Source: Nitrospiria bacterium (GTDB taxonomy: Bacteria > Nitrospirota > Nitrospiria > JACQBW01). From it: DNA of 64,000 bases. Position numbers and translations under genes: made by a program. This document shows, one piece after another, positions 1 to 8,760 of the stretch (position 1 is the stretch's first letter; every line of letters begins with the position of its first letter). The stretch covers positions 405 through 64,404 of the forward strand of contig JBGPKT010000001.1 of NCBI GenBank assembly GCA_041486115.1, given 5' to 3'. The notes below the pieces were generated by a model, which was not told the origin of the DNA, ran no database searches, and worked only from the letters and a program-made list of their open reading frames with translations.

Positions 1-401
1 AGCAATACCTCCAGAACAATTCTGAGAACCTCCTGATAGTCCAAGGTCGAATGAAGCTGATAACTGGCAACATATAAATTGGCGAGATTATTATTTTCCT
101 CTTCTACCTCGACATACCGGCTGGCAAAATCTTTATTTTCTTCTTCCACATTCTTGAATTTACTCAGAAGACTCTTTTTTTCCTGTTCCAGCTGATGAAT
201 GGTTTCTTCCATTTTTGCGACATTGGCCGGCATATTTCCTGTTCGTTTCAAACTGTTGACTTCGTCTTCCAATTGGATCGCCCGATACCGAAGTTTTTCA
301 TTGGTCACCAGAAGGTCGTGGGTAAATTCTTCGCCTTTTTTAAAAACCTTTAAAAAATCCTCGGCTTTTTTTAAAATATCGCTCTCTTTTTCATTCTCCA
401 C
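1..401 (-). CDS. coiled-coil / GAF-like domain protein (3' end runs off window)
   Basis: GTG at 399-401 (minus) with AAGGAG 7 nt upstream; frame open to position 1. Translation VENEKESDILKKAEDF...EEENNNLANLYVASYQLHSTLDYQEVLRIVLEVL is heptad-rich, then looks like the start of a GAF domain. Co-directional with the che operon. Confidence 0.5.
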   Translation of the reverse strand, partial: MENEKESDILKKAEDFLKVFKKGEEFTHDLLVTNEKLRYRAIQLEDEVNSLKRTGNMPANVAKMEETIHQLEQEKKSLLSKFKNVEEENKDFASRYVEVEEENNNLANLYVASYQLHSTLDYQEVLRIVLEVL

Positions 402-538
402 AGGACTCGCTCCTTACATGACAGGATAACCCATTCATTTTTAATTCCGCGCTCTAAACGATTAAACAGTCCATCCAGTTATACAGTCTAGCAGAAAACT
501 TGATATCCGCCAGTCCTTCCGGAAACCCGGTCCATCAT

Positions 539-1672
539 TCAAAGGGTTGACCTGCATAACTTGACGATCTGTTCGGCCATATCATGAATCGAAAAAACCT
601 GATCAATCAAACCCAGCTGAACCGGCACCCTCGGCATTCCATAGACCACGGCGGTTTCTTCGGATTCGGCCAGAGCAACCCCGCCGTACGATTTAATGGT
701 TTTGATCCCTCTGGATCCATCGTTCCCCATTCCGGTCAGGATGACCCCCAGAGTCCCTTTTCCGTATATTTCCGCAATGGAATCCATCGTCTTATCCACC
801 GAAGGAACATAACGGTCCTCGTCGGTTTTCGATTCCAGATAAAGTTTATTGGCCTCAAACCCTTTTTTTGCGATCAGATTGTACCCTCCAGGAGCCACAT
901 AAATCTGCCCCGGCCATAGCCGGTCTCCCTCCTCAGCCTCCTTCACCCTTAACCTCCCCAGAGAATCGAGTCTCTGGGCAAATGAATGGGTAAAATTAGG
1001 GGGCATATGCTGAACAATGACAATCGGAACCTGCAAGTCGGAGGGAAGGGACGATATGATCATTTGAATAGCCGCAGGCCCCCCCGTCGAAGCGCCGATG
1101 ACGACGATGTCGGCCTGTCCGGTCTTTGGACCGACCGATCCAAAGGTCGGAAATTCGCCATCTTTTCTTATTCTTGTTTTTTCCTGGAGACGCACCTCCG
1201 GTTTTGTCTCAGTCGCCCGGGGGGAATGAGGGGTGGAAAAAATCGCGACCTGTTTTTTGATCCTGTCCCGGGGGATTTTACTGATAATTTCAATTTTACC
1301 GATCAGCTCTTCTTTGACGTTTAACAGGTCTACCGACGCATTATGCCCCGGTTTGGCAACAAAATCCAACGCACCCAGTTCAAGCGCTTTGAAGACATTC
1401 TGGCTCTCGCTCCGGGAACTGACAATAAGAACCGGCAGAGGATGGGTCGCCATGAGCCATTTCAAAAACGTAAAACCATTCATTTCAGGCATTTCGATAT
1501 CGAGCGTGATCATATCCGGTTTCTTTTTTTCAAGGAATTTCATCGCTTCCAGGCCGCCCGACACAGATCCGATCACTTCGATGTGGGGCGTTTGGGAAAT
1601 CATCTGGGAAATGGCATGCCGCGCAAACGGGGAATCGTCCACGACCAGGACTTTAATCTTTTCCTGTTTCAA
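539..1672 (-). CDS. cheB: protein-glutamate methylesterase/glutaminase CheB (REC + methylesterase)
   Basis: N-terminal REC (KVLVVDDS...DIEMP). Esterase motifs GASTGGP, QHMP, GMGNDG. TTG start overlaps the cheR stop. Linker carries the repeat-derived FPTFGSVGPKTG. Confidence 0.9.
   Translation of the reverse strand: MKQEKIKVLVVDDSPFARHAISQMISQTPHIEVIGSVSGGLEAMKFLEKKKPDMITLDIEMPEMNGFTFLKWLMATHPLPVLIVSSRSESQNVFKALELGALDFVAKPGHNASVDLLNVKEELIGKIEIISKIPRDRIKKQVAIFSTPHSPRATETKPEVRLQEKTRIRKDGEFPTFGSVGPKTGQADIVVIGASTGGPAAIQMIISSLPSDLQVPIVIVQHMPPNFTHSFAQRLDSLGRLRVKEAEEGDRLWPGQIYVAPGGYNLIAKKGFEANKLYLESKTDEDRYVPSVDKTMDSIAEIYGKGTLGVILTGMGNDGSRGIKTIKSYGGVALAESEETAVVYGMPRVPVQLGLIDQVFSIHDMAEQIVKLCRSTL
1117..1153 (+). 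repeat. dispersed modular repeat copy A (one unit + short tail), in frame in the cheB linker
   Basis: GTCCGGTCTTTGGACCGACCGATCCAAAGGTCGGAAA; the reverse complement translates FPTFGSVGPKTG within CheB. Confidence 0.85.
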
Positions 1673-2646
1673 GAAGCGCTCCTTTCCGGCTTTCCGACCT
1701 GCGGAATGCTTCCGCGGAACGATAGGTCCGCGATCGGACCTAAGACCGGATCGAACGGACGATCTAAAGACCGGACCCGTTTTTGGTAGACCATATCTTT
1801 CTTAAAATGCCTTAACTCAAACTCCGGCGTAATATAACTCAGCGATTCGGAGTGGCCCAGCAGCAAAAATCCATCGGGCTTTAATTTTTCGCGAAAGGTC
1901 GCAATCACTTTCTTTCTCACCTCGAGATTGAAATAAATAATCACATTTCTGCAAAAGATGACATCCATCTCGTTCAAGAAAAACATCTTTTGGGGCTCAA
2001 TCAAATTGACCTGAAAAAAGCTTACTTTTTCCTTCACGGGATCCTTGATTTTATATCCGTTATTTTCTTTAATAAAGTACTTGTCGATATACGCCTGCGG
2101 TACGCCCCGGAACGAGTTATCGGTGTAAACCCCCTTCCGCGCAAACTGAAGGACATTGGGAGAAATATCGGTTGCAAAAATTTCGCAGCGCCAGTCTTTT
2201 AACTCCGGTTTTTCGAGAATGAGCATCGATATGGTATAGGCTTCTTCTCCGGTGGAACATCCGGCCGACCAGATCCGGATTGTTTTATGAGACTTGTTCC
2301 TCTCCATAATTTCAGCAAGAATCTCATCCGAAAAGGTGTCCAGCTGCAGGGTTTCCCGGAAAAAATAGGTTTCGTGGATCGTCAATAAATCGACCACTCG
2401 GGACAGCTCGGTCTCTTTGTCCTTGTCATACTTCAAGAAATAATAATAGTCTTTAAAGTCAGAAAACTGTTTTTTTGATACGGACTCTTTTAACCGGGAG
2501 CGGATGAACGCTTTGGATTGTTCATCCATGACCACCCCCGCTTTTTGAAACATCAGGTCCTGAAACAGCTTGAAGGTGTCATCGCTAAAAACCAGTTTCT
2601 GTTCGGTGTCGAGTATCTCCTGAGGAGTTCGCATGTTCGCCATCAA
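1669..2646 (-). CDS. cheR: chemotaxis protein methyltransferase CheR
   Basis: SAM-MTase motif IWSAGCSTGEE and CheR N-terminal helical domain. About 35 aa C-terminal tail derives from repeat copy B. Confidence 0.9.
   Translation of the reverse strand: MMANMRTPQEILDTEQKLVFSDDTFKLFQDLMFQKAGVVMDEQSKAFIRSRLKESVSKKQFSDFKDYYYFLKYDKDKETELSRVVDLLTIHETYFFRETLQLDTFSDEILAEIMERNKSHKTIRIWSAGCSTGEEAYTISMLILEKPELKDWRCEIFATDISPNVLQFARKGVYTDNSFRGVPQAYIDKYFIKENNGYKIKDPVKEKVSFFQVNLIEPQKMFFLNEMDVIFCRNVIIYFNLEVRKKVIATFREKLKPDGFLLLGHSESLSYITPEFELRHFKKDMVYQKRVRSLDRPFDPVLGPIADLSFRGSIPQVGKPERSAS
1688..1775 (-). repeat. dispersed modular repeat copy B (degenerate, 2-3 units), forms the cheR 3' end
   Basis: GGCTTTCCGACCTGCGGA...GCGATCGGACCTAAGACCGGATCGAACGGACGATCTAAAGACCGGA aligns by eye to copies C and E. 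Encodes SLDRPFDPVLGPIADLSFRGSIPQVGKP. Confidence 0.55.
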
Positions 2647-4646
2647 CCCATTATAATTTCCATTGTATAAAGCGCGGACTGGCGGACCAGTTTGTCAGGG
2701 TCCTCCGTCGAAAGTTTTTCAATCGCCGAAAAAGCGGCTTTATATTTCAATTTCCCGATCGCTCTGACCGCGGCAGCTCTGACATTCCAGTTGGCATCCG
2801 TTAAATATTTTTCCAGTAGGCTCCCCAGGGAAGATTCTTCCAGTTCCCCCAATGCCGCAATCGCCGAGCACTGCACTTCCGGATCATCGCTGTTTATTTT
2901 TTCCGTAAAAAGAGGGACAAACTGAATCTCCTTGAAACGGGCGATCGATTCAATCGCTCCGATCTGGACCACGCCGACCGGGTCCTGGCAGAGCGATTCC
3001 AGCTCGTTGACAAACTGTTTTGCCTCAAGCCTGCCGAGGAGTTTTGCCAGGGAAGACCTCACCCACATCGATTCATCTTTTTTAAGATTTTCAATCACAT
3101 TTCCGATCCGGAGATCCGGATGATCTTCAAAACAGGATAAAGCGGCAAGGCGCACATCGGGAGATTCATCCGCCAGGGCCTGCATAACCCATTCTTCAAT
3201 GTTGAGGTTTTCCATGGCCCTTAAAGCCAGAATCGCCTCTTTTCGTATCAGAGGGTCCTGATCCCTGAAAGCAAGAATCAGGTTCGGAACGGCTTCTTTC
3301 GCCTTTAAATAACCGATCAAACGAACGCTGTTCCTCCTGATATTGGCCTTTTCATCGGTGAGGAGATGGATGCATTCTAAAATCAGATTCCGGTCTTTGA
3401 GTTTCCGTAATGCCTGTAGCGCCGCTTCCTGAACATTGGAGTAGGGATCATCCAGGAGCTGGATCAGGACCTTGGATGATGCCGGGTCGCCCAGTTTTCC
3501 GAGAGCCGCGGCCAGGCTCTGGCGAACATGGCCGACCGGGTCGGAACCCATTTTTAAAAGAGGTCCGACCGCCTTTCGGTCCCCTATTTCTCCCAGGCAC
3601 TTTATGATCCCCTCTCGCGTCATCCCCTCATATCTCGGAAGAGCGGCCAGGAGCCCGTCCACAGAACCTCTTTTCATCCGCACCATCGCCTGAAGGGCCT
3701 CTTCTTTCTGCACCCCGTTTAAAAACGGAATCAGCAATGGAATACTCATCAGCTCTCCCATCCATCCCAGAATCCGGATGGCTGCCCGGTGAACCGAAGC
3801 CTCTTCTCCGGGCTCTTTTAAGAGATCAAGGAGAAAAAGGGTGATATTTTTATTATAAATTTCCCTGAGCCGTCCTATAATTTTGACTTCGTGCTGAAAG
3901 GCCACCTGTTCCTGCAGGGTGACCAGCGCTTCAAGAGCCGCTTTTTTGACTTTGGGAGACCCGTTCTGAAGCGAATTCACAATGGGATTCAACGCCGAAA
4001 GGTCTCCCAGCCGGCCAAGCGCCTTGAGCGCGGGACGGTCTAAAATGTTCTTGCCCAGCAGGCGGATAATCGGCTCCACCGCCCGGCTGTCTCCGATCTG
4101 CTCCAGGGCATTGATCGCGGCAAAGCTCAAGAGCTGATTTTCAACCTGGAGAAAAACCAGCAAATCGTCCACTCCCCGGCTTTCCTTTAATTTCCCCAGC
4201 GCTTCGACCGCCGCAATCTGAACATTTTGATTTTGATCTTTCAAACATTGAATCAACAGATACGATGCTTCGCGGTCGCCGATTTCACCGAAAATATCAA
4301 TGCAGAGTTTCTTAACGTCCGCGTTCATTTCCTGAAAATGGCTCATCAAAGGGGAAACAGATCTTCTCCCAAACTCAATAAAAATTTCAACCAGGCTATT
4401 TTTTTCGCCCGGCTCTGTGACATTTTTAAGGGCTTCTATTAAATAATGGGTCATTTCAGCGTCGAAATCAAACCTGCAGAGAGCCATGACCGCTTCTTTC
4501 CTGATCCTCCACTCGGATGATTTTAAAGCCTCGACAAGATGCGCCAGCGACTCTTTTTGTTTCGCGGCGCCCAGATGTTCGATGGCCTTAAGCCGATTTT
4601 CAATATTGGGATGGTTCAGATCAAGCAATTCCTGATTAACGCTCAT
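2643..4646 (-). CDS. HEAT-repeat (PBS-lyase HEAT-like) protein in the che operon
   Basis: 667 aa of repeated about 31-aa helical units (EWRIRKEAVMAL, NWNVRAAAVRAIGKL, SPDVRLAALSCF). 4-nt overlaps with neighbouring genes. Confidence 0.8.
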   Translation of the reverse strand: MSVNQELLDLNHPNIENRLKAIEHLGAAKQKESLAHLVEALKSSEWRIRKEAVMALCRFDFDAEMTHYLIEALKNVTEPGEKNSLVEIFIEFGRRSVSPLMSHFQEMNADVKKLCIDIFGEIGDREASYLLIQCLKDQNQNVQIAAVEALGKLKESRGVDDLLVFLQVENQLLSFAAINALEQIGDSRAVEPIIRLLGKNILDRPALKALGRLGDLSALNPIVNSLQNGSPKVKKAALEALVTLQEQVAFQHEVKIIGRLREIYNKNITLFLLDLLKEPGEEASVHRAAIRILGWMGELMSIPLLIPFLNGVQKEEALQAMVRMKRGSVDGLLAALPRYEGMTREGIIKCLGEIGDRKAVGPLLKMGSDPVGHVRQSLAAALGKLGDPASSKVLIQLLDDPYSNVQEAALQALRKLKDRNLILECIHLLTDEKANIRRNSVRLIGYLKAKEAVPNLILAFRDQDPLIRKEAILALRAMENLNIEEWVMQALADESPDVRLAALSCFEDHPDLRIGNVIENLKKDESMWVRSSLAKLLGRLEAKQFVNELESLCQDPVGVVQIGAIESIARFKEIQFVPLFTEKINSDDPEVQCSAIAALGELEESSLGSLLEKYLTDANWNVRAAAVRAIGKLKYKAAFSAIEKLSTEDPDKLVRQSALYTMEIIMG

Positions 4647-4652
4647 AATACC

Positions 4653-5513
4653 TCAAGGGTTACAGTTATTTTTTATCATTTGCTTTTTACGATCGACAAA
4701 ATCCTGAAGCGCATCCCTCAGGTAATTTGTCTTTTCCCGGATTTCTTTGGAGACCCTTCCCTGATAAAGTTTTTCCGCTTCGGCCATATCCTCTTTCAAT
4801 AACTCTTCGACATTCCCGTTTTCGATTCCCTCTTCAATCGTCTTTTGATTGTAAAGCGCGATATCCGAGACGATCAGACGGGCAAACCGTTTCGCCTCTT
4901 CATGCCGGACCGCCTCCTCAGGTGGAATACCGGGCTCTTTTTGCGGGGGACTCAGGGGCACGGGCGCAGCGGCTGTTTCTGCCGTCGTTTCTGGCTGAAG
5001 AACGGGTTGAGCGACCGGCTCCAGAGAGAATTCTACCGGCTCCTGAGGCGGCGGCAGACTGACGGGCGCCGACAACACTTCGGCCGCGGGCGCCGAAGTC
5101 GCATTGACCGCTCCGCCGGAAGGCGCTATCTCCGGAGAAACCTCTCCCAGAATTTTCCTCAGCTTGACAACCATCTGGTCATGGATGTGATGTCTTTCAA
5201 TATAATCATCGGCTCCATAAAGCGACTGCGGCTCCCTTTTATAGCGGGCCTTATCATAAATAGACGACACCAGAACCACTCCGGTGCTTTTTAAATGAGA
5301 GCTTTTTTTTATAATCTCGCAGATTTCAAAACCCAGGACCTGAGGAAGCGCGACATCCAGAAAGGCCGCATGGGGATGTTCCCTGTCTAAAATAGACAAA
5401 GCTTCTTTTCCCGTTCCTGCCAGGAACACCTCATACCCGGCCTCGGCCAGTATTTCTTTCATGATATCCTGAGTCGCTTCTCCGTCTACCGCAACGAGAA
5501 TTTTTTGGCTCAT
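4653..5513 (-). CDS. response regulator: REC + Pro/Ala-rich linker + uncharacterised C-terminal helical domain
   Basis: REC fold (KILVAVDGE...FLDVALP), linker PAAEVLSAPVSLPPPQEP..., C-terminal EEAKRFARLIVSDIALYNQKTIEEG. Confidence 0.8.
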   Translation of the reverse strand: MSQKILVAVDGEATQDIMKEILAEAGYEVFLAGTGKEALSILDREHPHAAFLDVALPQVLGFEICEIIKKSSHLKSTGVVLVSSIYDKARYKREPQSLYGADDYIERHHIHDQMVVKLRKILGEVSPEIAPSGGAVNATSAPAAEVLSAPVSLPPPQEPVEFSLEPVAQPVLQPETTAETAAAPVPLSPPQKEPGIPPEEAVRHEEAKRFARLIVSDIALYNQKTIEEGIENGNVEELLKEDMAEAEKLYQGRVSKEIREKTNYLRDALQDFVDRKKQMIKNNCNP

Positions 5514-5534
5514 GTTTTCCTCAATTTCCTCTCC

Positions 5535-5987
5535 TCAAACCAGTTGATTCAGCATTTGATAGGCTTCCAGATCCAGTATCTTTTCCATGTCCAGAAGGAG
5601 AATTAATTCGTCTTTATGCTTGAATATTCCTTTAAGGTATTTATTCTCACGGCTGTCTTCAAAAGAAGCGGTCAGAAGCTGATTGGCCGAAAAATAAAGG
5701 ACATCTTTGACTTCATCAAGAATCAATCCCATGAAGGTTTTCTTAAACCTGATAATCAGGATATGTTGGGGTTCCACATCCTCCCTGGGGTTCATTTCGA
5801 GTATCTGTCTGAGATCAATAATGGGGATCACCCTGTCCCGCAGGTTAATCACTCCTTTAAACGGCTCTTTTAATTGCGGGACCTCCATTGGTTTTTTATA
5901 ATAAATAATTTCAACAATTCCGGATAAAGGCAGAGAAAATGCCTTTTCCTGAAGATTAAATCGGAGAATTTTAAAATCAGAACTCAT
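5535..5987 (-). CDS. cheW: chemotaxis coupling protein CheW
   Basis: 150 aa, a single CheW-like domain (FSLPLSGIVEII...VIPIIDLR). Confidence 0.85.
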   Translation of the reverse strand: MSSDFKILRFNLQEKAFSLPLSGIVEIIYYKKPMEVPQLKEPFKGVINLRDRVIPIIDLRQILEMNPREDVEPQHILIIRFKKTFMGLILDEVKDVLYFSANQLLTASFEDSRENKYLKGIFKHKDELILLLDMEKILDLEAYQMLNQLV

Positions 5988-6005
5988 ACAGACAATTCCT
6001 TTTCA

Positions 6006-6076
6006 CCTGTCCGACCTTCCGACCCATGGATCGGTCGGTTCAAAAACCGAATGGACCAGTCGATCCAAAGACCGGA
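6006..6076 (-). repeat. dispersed modular repeat copy C (tail + two units), intergenic mcp-cheW
   Basis: CCTGTCCGACCTTCCGACCCATGGATCGGTCGGTTCAAAAACCGAATGGACCAGTCGATCCAAAGACCGGA; ends 1 nt before the mcp stop codon (6077-6079). Confidence 0.85.
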
Positions 6077-7849
6077 TCACACCTTGATTTTAGAAAACTC
6101 TGCCATTAATAAATCAGCCCGCGCGACCAGCTGCCGGACGGTCTCCATCAGCTCATGCCCGACCTGGTCATTGGATTGGGCGGCTTTTTTGATCTCCAGG
6201 ATGGCCTTTCCGGAAACCTCCTGTTCGGTCCTCTGGACATCAATGGCCTTCATCATTTCCTGAATCTGCGAATTGACATGTTCCGCCGCCAGCGTAATCT
6301 GACGGCTTCCCTGAAGCTGTTCCGCGGTGGAATTCCGCACTTTGCCGGTGATATCCCTCATTTTCTCGGTGGCGCTCATGATCTGTCCCCCCCCTTTGGC
6401 CTGCTCCGTTGTCGCGCGGACGACCTCCCGGGCATTGAGGGTGATTTTTTCCATTGAAAGCTTGACCTGTCCAATTTCATTGACCTGGTTCACCGCAACC
6501 TCCGCGATTTTTCTGGCCATGTCGGCGGAATTCTTTGAGCTTTCAAGGATTTTTCCCACGGCGTCCCCGGCGGCAAGCGACAGGCGCATCCCTTCCTCCA
6601 CGCTTTCATACCCGATTTGAATTGAGGCAACGGCATCTTTTGTTTCTGTCTGAACGTCGCCGATCAACTGAGAAATCTCATTGGTCGAGGCCGAAGTCCG
6701 GTCTGCGAGCTTTTTGATCTCTTCCGCGACCACGGCAAATCCTTTTCCCTGATCCCCGGCCTGGGCCGCAAGTATCGCGGCATTCAAAGCAAGCAAATTC
6801 GTCTGCTTCGTCACCTCCTTGATGACGGTCAGGATTTTACCGATATCCTCCGAGCTTTTTCCCAACCGGTGAATGACCTCCGACGATTTTTCTACGGTGG
6901 TTTTTATTTTTTTCATGCCATCAATGGTTTTAACGATCGCCCGGACGCCGAGATCGTGAGCGTCCGCGCTGACCTTTTCCGACACCTCGGCGGCGCTTTT
7001 CGCGATGGTTTCGACCTCTCTGACAGAAGCGTCAATCAAGTCTACCGCCGCGGCCGTTTCCTGGGCCGTCTGAGAAAGATGCTCGACGTTTTCGGCAACC
7101 TCTTTGATGGAGGAGGTCATTTCAATGATGGAAGAAGAGGTCGTATCCACAGCAACAGCTAACTCCGCCGTCTGGCCCGATATTTCCCGTATCGTTGTCC
7201 CCATTTCCAAAATGGACGACGACGTCGCGTCCGTGGCATTGCAGAGCATATTGACGCCTTCGGAGATCGACTTAACGGAAGCTCCCGTCTGAAGCGCGGA
7301 AGCGGAGGTTCTTTCCGAAACTTCTGTCTGCATCGAAGCGCTCCGGGTCGCTTTTTCCGCCGAGGATTGAATTTTAGACGAAGCGCTTGAAATATCGTTC
7401 GAGGCGTCATGCATCCGGAGTAACATTCCCTTGATATGATCGATCATCTGATTGAGAGATTCTCCCAGCAGACTCAGTTCATCGTTGGTCCGAACCGAAA
7501 ATGTCGCGGTAAAATCACCGCTGGAAATCATCGAAGCCGTCGCCGACATTTCTTTCAAAGGCCGGATCAGCCTTTTTAAAAGCATAAAGGCCACGGTAAT
7601 CCCCAGCAGGATTAAAAATACCGTTGTCCCGATATGGATCCAGAGGATATGGCTGATTTTGTCATCCGTTGATAAGGAGGTGTTCTCGATTTCCCCTTCA
7701 ATCATCAATTTTGACGATAGGACTAAAATGGGACCGGCGATCATAAACATCCAGATGATATGAAAAATAAAACGCCCCGCAAGCGTTTTTGTTTTTAAAA
7801 TCGTAGGCATCATAATACTATTCCATCCTCTATCTGAAATTTTTCGCAT
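6077..7849 (-). CDS. methyl-accepting chemotaxis protein (2 TM, HAMP, MCP signalling domain)
   Basis: Conserved hairpin [37 protein letters not shown]; [13 protein letters not shown]; two N-terminal TM helices. Confidence 0.9.
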   Translation of the reverse strand: MRKISDRGWNSIMMPTILKTKTLAGRFIFHIIWMFMIAGPILVLSSKLMIEGEIENTSLSTDDKISHILWIHIGTTVFLILLGITVAFMLLKRLIRPLKEMSATASMISSGDFTATFSVRTNDELSLLGESLNQMIDHIKGMLLRMHDASNDISSASSKIQSSAEKATRSASMQTEVSERTSASALQTGASVKSISEGVNMLCNATDATSSSILEMGTTIREISGQTAELAVAVDTTSSSIIEMTSSIKEVAENVEHLSQTAQETAAAVDLIDASVREVETIAKSAAEVSEKVSADAHDLGVRAIVKTIDGMKKIKTTVEKSSEVIHRLGKSSEDIGKILTVIKEVTKQTNLLALNAAILAAQAGDQGKGFAVVAEEIKKLADRTSASTNEISQLIGDVQTETKDAVASIQIGYESVEEGMRLSLAAGDAVGKILESSKNSADMARKIAEVAVNQVNEIGQVKLSMEKITLNAREVVRATTEQAKGGGQIMSATEKMRDITGKVRNSTAEQLQGSRQITLAAEHVNSQIQEMMKAIDVQRTEQEVSGKAILEIKKAAQSNDQVGHELMETVRQLVARADLLMAEFSKIKV

Positions 7850-7860
7850 GCCTTCCGGGA

Positions 7861-8760
7861 TCAGACCCTGGCAATTTGTTCAACTTCCTCTTTAATCACG
7901 CCGATCACCCGGGGAATAAAAAGGAGAATCACCAGCCGCTCTCTAAAGCGGGTGATGCCCCTGATCAACTCCTGGCCATTTTGGCTGAAAAGTGGAGGAG
8001 AAGGCTGAATGTCGCTTTCCTTGATTTTAATCACCTCCGTCACCTCATCGACAAACAGGCCCAGAATTCCCTCGTCAATTTGAATAATGATAATCCGTTT
8101 AAGAGCCTCGTCCGTCTCTTCCCTCATTTCCCGATTTTCAGACTGAATAGGGGTCAGCTTGTTTTTTAAATTGAAAACCGGAATAATCACCCCTCGTAAA
8201 GAGATAATGCCCATCAGGCCCGGCGTACTCCTCGGAATCGCCGTCATACCTATCGGACGGATAATTTCCTTGATCTGGCTGACCGGAATGGCATATTCCT
8301 CCCGGTTAAGAGAAAGCCCCAGAAATTCTATAGCTTCCTCCATCAACGGGGCTTGCGTCTCGATTCCCGCTGGCGGAGCCAGACGGCTCCCCCCTCTCTC
8401 GCCCGCAGGACTCGCCGGGCCAATATTTTCAACGGAAGGGTTTGGCGGATTAGCCGGATTCTCCGCAGCTCCGTTTGGAGGGGCTTGCGTCGCCCCCCCC
8501 ACCGGCAGAGCCGGATGGAGCCCCCCCTTCTCGCTCGCCTTGCTCGCTGGGTCAATCTCAGTTGAAGGGGAAGCGCTCTCCGCTTTCATCTCGTCCCGCG
8601 CCTGAGAACCTCCCGCTGTCGTCATCGCCGGTTCAGGCGGAACGGGCCTGGTCGCGCCGGGAACCTTCAAATGCGGTGCCGCTCCCGCCTTTTTGGTTTT
8701 TTTTCGAACCGGAGACGCGGTTTTTCGGGAGTTTGCTTTTCTTTTTTCGCCTTTTTTCAT
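7861..8760 (-). CDS. CheW-like domain protein with about 130 aa Pro/Ala-rich N-terminal low-complexity region
   Basis: C-terminal CheW domain ([14 protein letters not shown]...VIIPVFNLK). N-terminus is K/P/A-rich. 4-nt overlap with the cheA stop. Confidence 0.75.
   Translation of the reverse strand: MKKGEKRKANSRKTASPVRKKTKKAGAAPHLKVPGATRPVPPEPAMTTAGGSQARDEMKAESASPSTEIDPASKASEKGGLHPALPVGGATQAPPNGAAENPANPPNPSVENIGPASPAGERGGSRLAPPAGIETQAPLMEEAIEFLGLSLNREEYAIPVSQIKEIIRPIGMTAIPRSTPGLMGIISLRGVIIPVFNLKNKLTPIQSENREMREETDEALKRIIIIQIDEGILGLFVDEVTEVIKIKESDIQPSPPLFSQNGQELIRGITRFRERLVILLFIPRVIGVIKEEVEQIARV

Noticed and set aside
199-429. 76-aa plus-strand ORF at the window start
   Set aside because: It is antisense to the coiled-coil/GAF ORF, which has a GTG start with an AAGGAG SD and a coherent heptad pattern.
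1233-1805. 190-aa and 148-aa plus-strand ORFs across the cheB/cheR junction
   Set aside because: They are antisense shadow ORFs of well-supported cheB and cheR, with no SD or domain signal.
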